A stretch of 64,000 nucleotides of DNA from Candidatus Hermodarchaeota archaeon (GTDB lineage Archaea > Asgardarchaeota > Thorarchaeia > Thorarchaeales > Thorarchaeaceae). The translations under genes and the position numbers were made by a program. Each line of letters opens with the position of its first letter. Position 1 is the first letter of the stretch. Of this stretch, positions 47,015 through 55,082 are shown piece by piece. The notes beneath the pieces were generated by a model. It had not been told where the DNA came from, searched no databases, and worked only from the letters and a program-made list of their open reading frames with translations. Location: the NCBI GenBank assembly GCA_048885865.1, contig JBHLLF010000001.1:135457-199456 (forward strand), written 5' to 3'.

Positions 47015-48304
47015 TTATCCTTCATCTGTCACCCACAAGTCGTCAGATTTGGCCCAATCTGCCTTATGAGGATCTGATTCTGAGCTCGTACTAATCTCCG
47101 ATGATGATTCCATTTTCGGAGATTTTAAGCTCGATTTAGTATCAGGTGCAGATTTAATGTTCGGTGACCGCAGGCTCCTTAGTTTCGAGAGTATCAGATA
47201 AGTAAAAGGAACTCTTACAGTGACGTGAGCTTCGGAATGAATAGCCTGCTTTCCTGATGGCGGGTTGCCCATTACCACAATCTCTGGGTCCTTCTCAAAC
47301 CACATCTGGACTGCCCTATCTTCCCAAATGGTCTGCCTGGGAGGAACCTGCTTTTGGAGAAAGACAACTAGAAAACCTAACACAATCAACACGGGGATTG
47401 GGAAAGCTGTCATAAATGGCGATATAATCATGAAGAAGGCAGCTGGCGCTATAATCGATAGTGCAGCATAGGCAAGAACCCTCGTCTTTTCAGTGTGAGT
47501 CTGTATATATTGAAGAACTGAATATGCAAATACAAGCGAGAAAATATTCATCAAATATGTCAAAATCACGCCAAATGCGGGCATTATGTAGAATGAAAAG
47601 TAACCATATCCAAAGCCTGACGAATAGTATCCTATCCAGATTGCTGTTATCATACCAAAATTCAATCCCGTCTCGTAGGGACTGAAGTAAGAGTAGAAAT
47701 ATGCAATGCTTGGGAAGCAGAGTGCTATTATCCCTAAGATATAACTTAGAATCCCGAATCTGCCTGGGCGAATGCCCCCTTCATGAATCAAGGACTCGGG
47801 TGTCTGAGAGAAGTACGCTGCTTTTCTGTCAGAATCAATATACGAACCCTGCCGACCCAACACTGGAAGGACCACAAACACTGCTATCACCCATGGAACA
47901 ATCGATTGAATCATGGAACCTACATAGTATGGCATTGGTACATACGGGCCTCCATAGGGCACAAGAATCGATAGAGGATATACTATGAGTGATATGAAAA
48001 CCGCCGCAGCTAATGCCATCTTCTTGATTGCCTTTTCCCTAGGTTGCTGAGTCAGCCATCTAGTGAAATAGATTCCAGGAAAGCACACGGCAAATGCCAG
48101 CCCAATTGTAAGGAAATCGAAGGAAATTGGAGAAAAGAATGGAGGCTGCATGTAGTAGTCATAGTATGGGTACATTCCAAATGAGAAGATTAGGGATACG
48201 TATTGAAAAGATATGGGAACACCAAAATCAATGTTTAGAGCAAGAGGTACAATTAGAATGGCAATCATCCTGATGATAGTCTTGGCCAGGAAACTTCGAT
48301 TCAA
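47015..48304 (-). CDS. Polytopic membrane protein with a Ser-rich soluble C-terminal tail. Hypothetical.
   Basis: 429 aa with ~10 TMs, rich in Tyr and Pro. No recognisable family. Confidence 0.5.
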   Translation of the reverse strand: MNRSFLAKTIIRMIAILIVPLALNIDFGVPISFQYVSLIFSFGMYPYYDYYMQPPFFSPISFDFLTIGLAFAVCFPGIYFTRWLTQQPREKAIKKMALAAAVFISLIVYPLSILVPYGGPYVPMPYYVGSMIQSIVPWVIAVFVVLPVLGRQGSYIDSDRKAAYFSQTPESLIHEGGIRPGRFGILSYILGIIALCFPSIAYFYSYFSPYETGLNFGMITAIWIGYYSSGFGYGYFSFYIMPAFGVILTYLMNIFSLVFAYSVLQYIQTHTEKTRVLAYAALSIIAPAAFFMIISPFMTAFPIPVLIVLGFLVVFLQKQVPPRQTIWEDRAVQMWFEKDPEIVVMGNPPSGKQAIHSEAHVTVRVPFTYLILSKLRSLRSPNIKSAPDTKSSLKSPKMESSSEISTSSESDPHKADWAKSDDLWVTDEG

Positions 48305-48443
48305 GTCTAACCCTCAGTTCCTCTTGACATGTGAACTTGCGCATCTTTCTCTAATAAGACTATCAATTGAATGAGGTCTGTACCCCTGAGTCCTTTGGGA
48401 GAATTGAAATAGGTGAATATTCCGACACGAGAAATGAATTCAG

Positions 48444-49370
48444 ATGATGCAGGAAACTCCTCCCGATTTCTTAATCGATCCGATTGGCTATCTACAATTC
48501 TACTGGAATCAAATTTCACCCTATGTCTTCCTCGTAGCCACACTCATCGTTATCGGGTTGATCTACATTATTGTGACAAGACTGGCAAAGAGATCATTGC
48601 TAGCTCTTGGAATGGGAAGGGAGGCTACAATTGGACTTGTTCTCATTCTCAGGCTTATCTTCTTCATGTTTGCAGTCTTAATGCTAGTTAGCTTCTTTGA
48701 AGCGAGCTATACAGCAATACTCTCAATATCAGCGATTTTTGGTACTGCACTCGGTCTCGCTTTCTCAACTGCCCTTAGCAATATTGTGAGCGGTCTCTAT
48801 GTGTTAACTGCTAGACCTTTCAGAGTAGGAGACTACGTGCGGATTGGTTCAGTCGAAGGAATAGTCCGGGAAATTACTCTCAACTACACTCGCGTTCTAT
48901 TGACTGATGAAAACATTCAGCTTGTGCCGAACAATAAAGTTGTCAGTAGTGAGGTCACAAATTTCAGGATAGACCTGTCGAAATACATTGAGAAGAAACA
49001 GGAAGAGGCCCTTCAAGAAGCAGAAGCAAATACTAGGCATTCATACCGAGAAACACTTGATGAAGCATGGAAACAGCTCAAAATGCTTACATCAGAAGAA
49101 TTCGCGTATAGATATACCTTCGACATTAATGTCCATATGAATCAAGATCACATGGCGATACTGAAGACTTTTGAAAAAGTCTGTGATAAGTGGTCGAATG
49201 TATTCCTAACACGCCCCAATTATATCGTGTGGGCCAAGCCAGTTGCTGCCATCACTTACAGATTCTCATTCATAGTAAGTGATCCTATGGTGATCATCAA
49301 AAGAGGCTCTGACTTTATGCAGGAACTCCTGACCAACTATTATGAATCTGCTGAATCGATTCAAGAGTGA
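48444..49370 (+). CDS. MscS-family mechanosensitive channel.
   Basis: Three TMs followed by 'ALSNIVSGLYVLTARPFRVGDYVRIGSVEGIVREITLNYTRVLLTDENIQLVPNNKV', the conserved MscS pore and beta-domain signature. Confidence 0.8.
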   Translation: MMQETPPDFLIDPIGYLQFYWNQISPYVFLVATLIVIGLIYIIVTRLAKRSLLALGMGREATIGLVLILRLIFFMFAVLMLVSFFEASYTAILSISAIFGTALGLAFSTALSNIVSGLYVLTARPFRVGDYVRIGSVEGIVREITLNYTRVLLTDENIQLVPNNKVVSSEVTNFRIDLSKYIEKKQEEALQEAEANTRHSYRETLDEAWKQLKMLTSEEFAYRYTFDINVHMNQDHMAILKTFEKVCDKWSNVFLTRPNYIVWAKPVAAITYRFSFIVSDPMVIIKRGSDFMQELLTNYYESAESIQE

Positions 49371-49446
49371 GAGCAGAGAGAATGAGAAAGAAGAGATTAG
49401 AGGCATAGGCGTTGACTTCGTCTATGCCTCCAAATTATAGCAAGCT

Positions 49447-49944
49447 CTAATATCTGCGATCACGGTCGCGATCTCGATATCCGCCGCCGCCACGTCTATC
49501 TCTGTAGCCGCCACCACCGCGACGGTCTCTGTAATCTCCGCCGCCGCCACGTCCGCCATATCTTCTTGGTGGACGTTCATGCTCTTCGGCTGAGACGTCG
49601 TTTTCCTCGTTGACTTCTTCAATTGGCTCCTCAGCTTCATTGATAATACCATATCTTCCAATATTGAGCCGAAGATTCCTTTGAAATAGTCCAGTATATC
49701 CGTTTTCAAGCTTGTAGGTCTTGCCAACCTCTAGTGCGTCAATGGAGTCATCCCACAGAGGCATTACAACTGTGCCACTGGCATCTCCAATGACAATATC
49801 TGCAACACGATGGGTTTCGCCATCATGCCTTGAGGTCACCTCGCGAGCCTCGCCCTTTGATAGGACCTTGAACGAGATTGTTAGGTTCTTCATACGGGGT
49901 TTAAGGTCTGAGATGATAGCAAGAACAGGTTCCGGTTCGCTCAT
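49447..49944 (-). CDS. Single OB-fold ssDNA/RNA-binding protein (archaeal SSB-like) with a C-terminal RGG/YRDRR repeat tail.
   Basis: OB-fold core 'KNLTISFKVLSKGEAREV...HRVADIVIGDASGTVVMPLWDD...LENGYTGLF'. An acidic linker follows, then 'RRYGGRGGGGDYRDRRGGGGYRDRRGGGGYRDRDRDRRY'. Confidence 0.65.
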   Translation of the reverse strand: MSEPEPVLAIISDLKPRMKNLTISFKVLSKGEAREVTSRHDGETHRVADIVIGDASGTVVMPLWDDSIDALEVGKTYKLENGYTGLFQRNLRLNIGRYGIINEAEEPIEEVNEENDVSAEEHERPPRRYGGRGGGGDYRDRRGGGGYRDRRGGGGYRDRDRDRRY

Positions 49945-50120
49945 GTTAATTCACTCTGGTTTCGGATTAACAGGTTTACAAAACGAGTAGGGGTCATCCG
50001 GGAATCGGCCCGGGAATCGGGATCGTATTCGTTGGTGACGACAGGCTCGTCTTACCTGCACTCCTAGACCACTCTGTTTTGCTAATAAAGCTGTGTGAGG
50101 GGTTGAATTGCCGTCTTACC

Positions 50121-50585
50121 CTAGCCTAGCTTCTGAGGAGGATTCAACCTACTCACGTAGTACATGCCAGCGACAAGGACCAGAGGTCCAAGGAAGATAA
50201 TTGCGGAGCCAATACTCCAAAGCAAGCTGAACTCAACATTTAGATTGACCAGAATATTCCCCGCGATGAACATGATGATCCCGGATAGCATGATGATGAG
50301 TCCAGGTCTGGTGTCCCTCCTTTCAATCACAGGCTCAGGAGCAGACGCGATGGTTGGTGCATCGGATGTCTTGGCATCAGATCTGTAGAAGCGGCTTCCA
50401 TCTGATGTCAGTCTTCCAGATAGCTTGCCTTCCTCTACCAGCTCCATAAGCATCTTCTGAGTTTCTTCAGGTGATAAGCCAATCCGCGAGCTCAACATGT
50501 CGATTGAACTGACATTGTTCTCCACAAGGTCAACTAGATTGACTACACTCTCCGAACGAATGTTTCTCGTTTCGCTACCTATCAT
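50121..50585 (-). CDS. Membrane-anchored winged-helix protein (possible transmembrane regulator).
   Basis: N-terminal 'LSPEETQKMLMELVEEGKLSGRLTSDGSRFY' is wHTH-like, and two C-terminal TMs follow. Confidence 0.45.
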   Translation of the reverse strand: MIGSETRNIRSESVVNLVDLVENNVSSIDMLSSRIGLSPEETQKMLMELVEEGKLSGRLTSDGSRFYRSDAKTSDAPTIASAPEPVIERRDTRPGLIIMLSGIIMFIAGNILVNLNVEFSLLWSIGSAIIFLGPLVLVAGMYYVSRLNPPQKLG

Positions 50586-50739
50586 TGTCTATCACTGTTG
50601 AAAACATACCGAGTCAGAATATAACACATAGCCACTATCTAGGCTCACAATTAAGGTTCACATATTGTGGACTCAAGTAGTGACTTCTCGTTTTCGTTCA
50701 ACGCAATTCTGCAGGCGCGTCAATTCTTCATTCACAATA

Positions 50740-50769
50740 TTTATATAATGTAATACGTAATACTATTAC
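50740..50769 (+). promoter_or_regulatory. Promoter module of small-peptide gene A: TATA box 'tttatataa' (50740-50748) plus the 13-bp palindrome gtaata-c-tattac (50757-50769).
   Basis: An identical palindrome with identical 16-nt spacing to the TATA box recurs upstream of peptide gene B. The SD-like 'gaggtga' sits 4 nt before each ATG. Confidence 0.5.
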
Positions 50770-50822
50770 ATGAAAGACTGAAATCCGCTGGTATTCGGCG
50801 GTACAGTCGCGAGGTGAGATGG

Positions 50823-50966
50823 ATGACTAACAAGAAGAATCGCAAATGGTGGAATCGGATTGCCAGGCGTATTGCCAAGCGCTACAAGAATGAATCGATC
50901 TATCGCGATTACACGGGAAGGTCTAACTGGCCTAGTGTGGCGTTTTGGTCAAGTCTGTACAAGTGA
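50823..50966 (+). CDS. Small basic peptide A (47 aa), first of three tandem paralogs.
   Basis: MTNKKNRKWWNRIARRIAKRYKNESIYRDY... is preceded by a strong SD (gaggtga) and a TATA box. It is paralogous to ORFs at 51092 and 51257. Confidence 0.4.
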   Translation: MTNKKNRKWWNRIARRIAKRYKNESIYRDYTGRSNWPSVAFWSSLYK

Positions 50967-51006
50967 TATGACGTTGAATGACAGTCATAATACAATTCCA
51001 CAATAC

Positions 51007-51035
51007 TTATATAGAATAACATGTAATACTATTAC
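51007..51035 (+). promoter_or_regulatory. Promoter module of small-peptide gene B: TATA 'ttatata' (51007-51013) plus the same 13-bp palindrome (51023-51035).
   Basis: Nucleotide-level conservation with 50740-50769. The ~90-nt upstream block, including the leader, is more conserved than the coding region. Confidence 0.5.
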
Positions 51036-51091
51036 GTGGAATACTGAAAGCGCGCGGGAAACCGGGCGGTGACAGCCACGAGGTGAGATGA

Positions 51092-51196
51092 ATGACAGAC
51101 AGGATAAATCGCAATCAGTCAAAGAGGATTGGCAGGCGAATTGGAAGGCGCTTCACGCATGAGTCGATTTACTACGACTACTTTGCGGAGGCATAG
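51092..51196 (+). CDS. Small basic peptide B (34 aa), paralog of A.
   Basis: MTDRINRNQSKRIGRRIGRRFTHESIYYDYFAEA shares the N-R-x-x-x-x-R-I-[AG]-R-R-I-[AG]-[KR]-R-[YF]-x-x-E-S-I-Y-x-D-Y pattern with A. It has the same SD 'gaggtgagatg' context. Confidence 0.4.
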   Translation: MTDRINRNQSKRIGRRIGRRFTHESIYYDYFAEA

Positions 51197-51256
51197 ATGA
51201 TGGCCTCTTTCGTGCGGATGATCATGTCTGGACAAGCAAAAAGGAAGTAGGTCATT

Positions 51257-51355
51257 ATGGCAATAGAAAAGAATGAGAACAGGAAGAAGGCAATTGGAAA
51301 GCAGATCCAGAGTACCAGAGCCATCGCATGGGCTTACCAGTATAAGAGTGGGTAG
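51257..51355 (+). CDS. Small basic peptide C (32 aa), a more divergent third paralog.
   Basis: MAIEKNENRKKAIGKQIQSTRAIAWAYQYKSG keeps the N-R-K-x-x-I-G-K-x-I core and an aromatic-rich C-terminus. It has no own conserved promoter block and may be co-transcribed with B. Confidence 0.3.
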   Translation: MAIEKNENRKKAIGKQIQSTRAIAWAYQYKSG

Positions 51356-51465
51356 TTGAGATGGCTCTTTTGGAGCTCTTTCTTCTTAGCGCTTCTAGTG
51401 AGCCCGTGCTTGTGTTCTTTGGGGCATGAGCACTCTCACACCTTTACTGTTTTTAGAAACTCGAC

Positions 51466-51903
51466 TCATTTTGTGTATCGTTTCTTGAGATCCTTGAACC
51501 ACTCAGGGACCAATGCATCATCAACTCTGTCGGACGATGGGAGATAGGGTTTGATATCCACAATAGGAGTTTCGTCCTTGGCATCTATCTGGTCTATCTC
51601 TATGGCTTTTTGCTCTTCATGCAGACCAAGAAGTTTCACGATGGAAAGGCAAAGGAGGTTTGGCCTTGCAGGAGAGCGGCTAGCAAAGACACCTGATAGC
51701 TCTGCTCCTTCAGCAGGGGGAACATCCTGCAGATGCGTTCTATACTCAGGCATGTCAAAGCCAGCCGCCCACCATATCACGTGAATGTGCGAGAACTTGT
51801 CTACATTCAATGTACCATCCCAGAACTTAGAGCCAATCTGCAGGAATATCCTCCCATCGTCGTGCTTCTTCACAAATCCTATTGGCTCAATCTTGAACTC
51901 CAT
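51466..51903 (-). CDS. TsaA/YaeB-like (TrmO family) SAM-dependent methyltransferase.
   Basis: 'GVFASRSPARPNLLCLSIVKLL' and 'ETPIVDIKPYLP' are the TsaA family hallmarks. Confidence 0.75.
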   Translation of the reverse strand: MEFKIEPIGFVKKHDDGRIFLQIGSKFWDGTLNVDKFSHIHVIWWAAGFDMPEYRTHLQDVPPAEGAELSGVFASRSPARPNLLCLSIVKLLGLHEEQKAIEIDQIDAKDETPIVDIKPYLPSSDRVDDALVPEWFKDLKKRYTK

Positions 51904-51912
51904 TTTTTCACC

Positions 51913-53217
51913 TCATTTTGCTACCACTGCTCGAATCGCGGAAAGCGTCTTCTCAATGTCATCCTTTGTATGAGAGAAGGACATCGCTCCAAGCCCATGA
52001 TAACCATAGACTCCCTCTTGCATCAAGAGGCTTTGGAACTTATCGAGCGCATCGTGGTCCAGTTGATTGCCAATATCCGTGCCCGTGCGTGGAGGTTTCT
52101 CCATCCTATTATAAAGCGCGTGTATATAGATTAGAGACCCATGACCCGTGGATACTGCCTTGTATTTGTGTTCGTCAAAGACCTTGTTTATTTCATTTCT
52201 GAAATCCGTGCATCTCTTGCTCAGAGCTGGATACTCATCTTTCTTCTTTTTGAGCTGGTCGAGTGTCGCACATCCTGCGGTCATTGCCAATGGATGACTT
52301 GAGAAAGTTCCTCCACCAACCCATCGACCACCCTCTGCCCCAGGAGTAGCAAGGCTCATTACATCCTCGCGTCCGCCATAGACACCCAGATGCATTCCGC
52401 CGCCAATGATCTTCCCCATTGTCATGACATCTGGAATGACACCAAATTCTTTCTCCCCTGCGGATCCATATGAGAATCTGAAGCCGGTGATGATTTCGTC
52501 GAGGATTAGTAGGATTCCCCGACTCTCAGTTTCTTCACGAAGGTATGGCAGGAAGTCAGCATCAGGAGGAACTGCACCGCCCGCTCCGAGGACGGGCTCG
52601 ATTATCACAGCAGCAAGCTCAGTCCCATGTTCTTTCATAAGAATGTCAAAGCTGTCTTTGTCGTTGAAGTTGAATGAAACGCCATTGAAGTATGCATCAT
52701 CGGTGTATGGTGCTTTGAGGTGATATGCCAAAGCATCGTTGCCGCCATGCCAGCCACCAAGGGTCTTTGCTACAAGCTTCCTCTTAGTGAAGAGCCGCGC
52801 TAGTCGAGTGGCATACATCGTTGCTTCTGCACCTGTTGAACAGAATCGCATCTTCTCAAGGAAAGTGACCGCCTCCTTGAGCTTCTCCGCTAGCAGAACC
52901 ATCTGCTCGTTGAGACCACCAAAATGTATCCCTTGGTCAATCTGTGCTGCAAGAGCCTCTCGCACAGCTGGATTATTGTGACCAAGGATTTGAGAGTAAT
53001 GTGTCATCCACCAGTCAATGTACTCATTGCCATCAATGTCCCACACATGTGAGCCGTTTCCTCGTTTGATATAAGGTGGATAAGCTCCACAGCTGTCAAG
53101 CCCGAAAGTTCTGATGTTATGGTTGATTCCGCCACAGAAAAGACCCACAGCTCTCTCCCAGAGATTCTTGGAGGATGGAGTCCTTTCTTTGTACTTCTCG
53201 ATCGCCATGAGAGTCAC
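51913..53217 (-). CDS. Class-III aminotransferase, glutamate-1-semialdehyde 2,1-aminomutase-like (HemL-like).
   Basis: 434 aa. 'ILDEIITGFR' and 'MTMGKIIGGGMHLGVYGG' (PLP-Lys region) match the GSA aminomutase subfamily closely. No other heme genes are nearby. Confidence 0.8.
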   Translation of the reverse strand: MTLMAIEKYKERTPSSKNLWERAVGLFCGGINHNIRTFGLDSCGAYPPYIKRGNGSHVWDIDGNEYIDWWMTHYSQILGHNNPAVREALAAQIDQGIHFGGLNEQMVLLAEKLKEAVTFLEKMRFCSTGAEATMYATRLARLFTKRKLVAKTLGGWHGGNDALAYHLKAPYTDDAYFNGVSFNFNDKDSFDILMKEHGTELAAVIIEPVLGAGGAVPPDADFLPYLREETESRGILLILDEIITGFRFSYGSAGEKEFGVIPDVMTMGKIIGGGMHLGVYGGREDVMSLATPGAEGGRWVGGGTFSSHPLAMTAGCATLDQLKKKKDEYPALSKRCTDFRNEINKVFDEHKYKAVSTGHGSLIYIHALYNRMEKPPRTGTDIGNQLDHDALDKFQSLLMQEGVYGYHGLGAMSFSHTKDDIEKTLSAIRAVVAK

Positions 53218-53280
53218 CTTGCTAAATGCGATTGATTCACTACCCAGCTGCGATTTATTCTTTGGGTAAACTAGTTTACC

Positions 53281-54918
53281 CTAGATGCTGTGACGAAGTA
53301 CAACTCCAGGTAGCTCGTCTGTCTGTTTTCCATCGCTCACAACTAGTGTTCCATTTACAAAGACTTCATGAATGCCCTCGGGAAACTGATGGGAGTCTGT
53401 GAATGTTGCTCTATCAATCACGGTCTTTGGATCGAACACGACAAGGTCTGCAACCATGCCTGCTTGAATTTTCCCTCTGTCACTAAGTCCAAGCTGTTTT
53501 GCAGGGAATCCTGTCATCTTCCAGATTGCACTTTCAAGCGTCAAGAGACCCTCCTCTCTAGCATATTTCCCTAGAATTCGTGGGTAGGTACCATAGAAGC
53601 GTGGATGTGGTTTTCCATATCCCAAAACCCCTGTCGGGGATACCCCTTCTCCATCAGTTCCAACCATTGTATATGGAGACCTCATAATTCTGTGGATGTC
53701 TTCCTCTCCCATGCTCTCCATTGTCATTCCAACCTCACCTTTCTCATCTAGAAGGAGCTCGACAAGCATTTCAAAGGGATTGGAATATCCGCGCTGTACA
53801 GCGATGGCTTGAAGGCTATGTCCCTCAATACCTGCCCATTTCTCTGTCTTGGTGGATGAGATATAGATGCCCTCCCATCCAGCCTCCTTGATTATGTTCT
53901 CCCAGCCCTCAATCCCAGTCTCAACGTCATTTTCAATCTGTTTCCGAATATGTGTATCTTGCAGATTCTCAAGAATCGCGTCAATTCCTCCCTCATGGAC
54001 CCAAGGTGGTAGTACAGTTATGAGCGACGTTGCTCCTCGATTGTAGGGATATTGATCACATGCGATCATAAGCCCCTTCTCATTGGCTTCCGCAATCATC
54101 CTCAATGTAATTTCACTGGCGCCCCAGAAGGGTTTGCCCGCAACCTTGTGATGGGCAATCTGCCCCCCTCTGCATCCAGACTCCGCTACAATGCTAATCA
54201 GCTCCCTTACTGCCTGAATCAGAGTTGCCCCTTCTCCTCTGATGTGCGAGAAATAGAGTCCGCTGTATTGAGCTACTACCCTAGCCAGTTCCAGAATCTC
54301 TGATGTGTCTGCATAGACCTGAGGGGCATAGATGAGCCCCGTGCTTAACCCAAATGCTCCTGCATTCATTGCTTCTTTTACCAGTATCTTCATTCCTTCT
54401 ACCTCGTCTGAGGTGGGACTACGATTCTCATATCCCGGCCCAGCCGCTATGCGTACAGCTCCAAATCCAACCAGCGGCACGATATTCATGGAAGCCTTGT
54501 TGTATTCCAAGGATTCGAGGTATTCTTTGAAGGTCCTCCACGTGATGCTAACATCTTGGCCTGGGGGTGCAAAGAGCTCAATCTCCTTCTTCATTAAGTC
54601 GATTCTCTCTTCGATCACAGGAGCCAAGGAAAAACCACAATTGCCAATGACAGAAGTAGTAACGCCTTGTCTAATCATGGACTCGAGTCGATTATCAAAT
54701 AGCAGCGCCATATCGTTATGACTATGCATGTCAATGAAACCCGGGGCGCAGGCAAGTCCCTCGCCTTCAATGATTATCTTTGAGTCAATCCTAATTTCTC
54801 CAATGTCGGCGATCAGCCCATCGCGGATACCAATATCTCCCTTGAATCCGGAGCTACCAGTTCCATCAAAGATGGTCACGCTCTTTACCAGAATATCATA
54901 CTCATGGCCCATTACCAA
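53281..54918 (-). CDS. N-acyl-D-amino-acid deacylase (D-aminoacylase) family amidohydrolase.
   Basis: 545 aa. 'APGFIDMHSHND' N-terminal metal motif, 'GNCGFS', and the C-terminal beta-sandwich typical of D-aminoacylases. Confidence 0.8.
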   Translation of the reverse strand: MVMGHEYDILVKSVTIFDGTGSSGFKGDIGIRDGLIADIGEIRIDSKIIIEGEGLACAPGFIDMHSHNDMALLFDNRLESMIRQGVTTSVIGNCGFSLAPVIEERIDLMKKEIELFAPPGQDVSITWRTFKEYLESLEYNKASMNIVPLVGFGAVRIAAGPGYENRSPTSDEVEGMKILVKEAMNAGAFGLSTGLIYAPQVYADTSEILELARVVAQYSGLYFSHIRGEGATLIQAVRELISIVAESGCRGGQIAHHKVAGKPFWGASEITLRMIAEANEKGLMIACDQYPYNRGATSLITVLPPWVHEGGIDAILENLQDTHIRKQIENDVETGIEGWENIIKEAGWEGIYISSTKTEKWAGIEGHSLQAIAVQRGYSNPFEMLVELLLDEKGEVGMTMESMGEEDIHRIMRSPYTMVGTDGEGVSPTGVLGYGKPHPRFYGTYPRILGKYAREEGLLTLESAIWKMTGFPAKQLGLSDRGKIQAGMVADLVVFDPKTVIDRATFTDSHQFPEGIHEVFVNGTLVVSDGKQTDELPGVVLRHSI

Positions 54919-55082
54919 TCACTTCCGAGGTTGACTCTGTTATATGTTCCAACTCGTTTTACTTCAATGACATAAACAGTTCGGCCTATTCTTCGTCACA
55001 CATCCGAACATCTATAACAAAAAAGATGGGGGTTTCTTTAACCTCCATCTAGGAGGACAGCACGACAAGGCTGATTCTGGAA

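Noticed and set aside
49981-50120. A possible tRNA or other small RNA gene in the structured spacer upstream of the SSB gene.
   Set aside because: No acceptor stem/T-loop (GTTCRANTC-like) arrangement or cloverleaf could be drawn. It is reported only as an unexplained structured region.
50996-51196. Alternative frame for peptide B (ATG at 51088, MNDRQDKSQSVKEDWQANWKALHA).
   Set aside because: The +1 frame starting at 51092 is the one paralogous to peptides A and C. It keeps the RIGRRIGRR core and the same SD spacing, so that frame was preferred.
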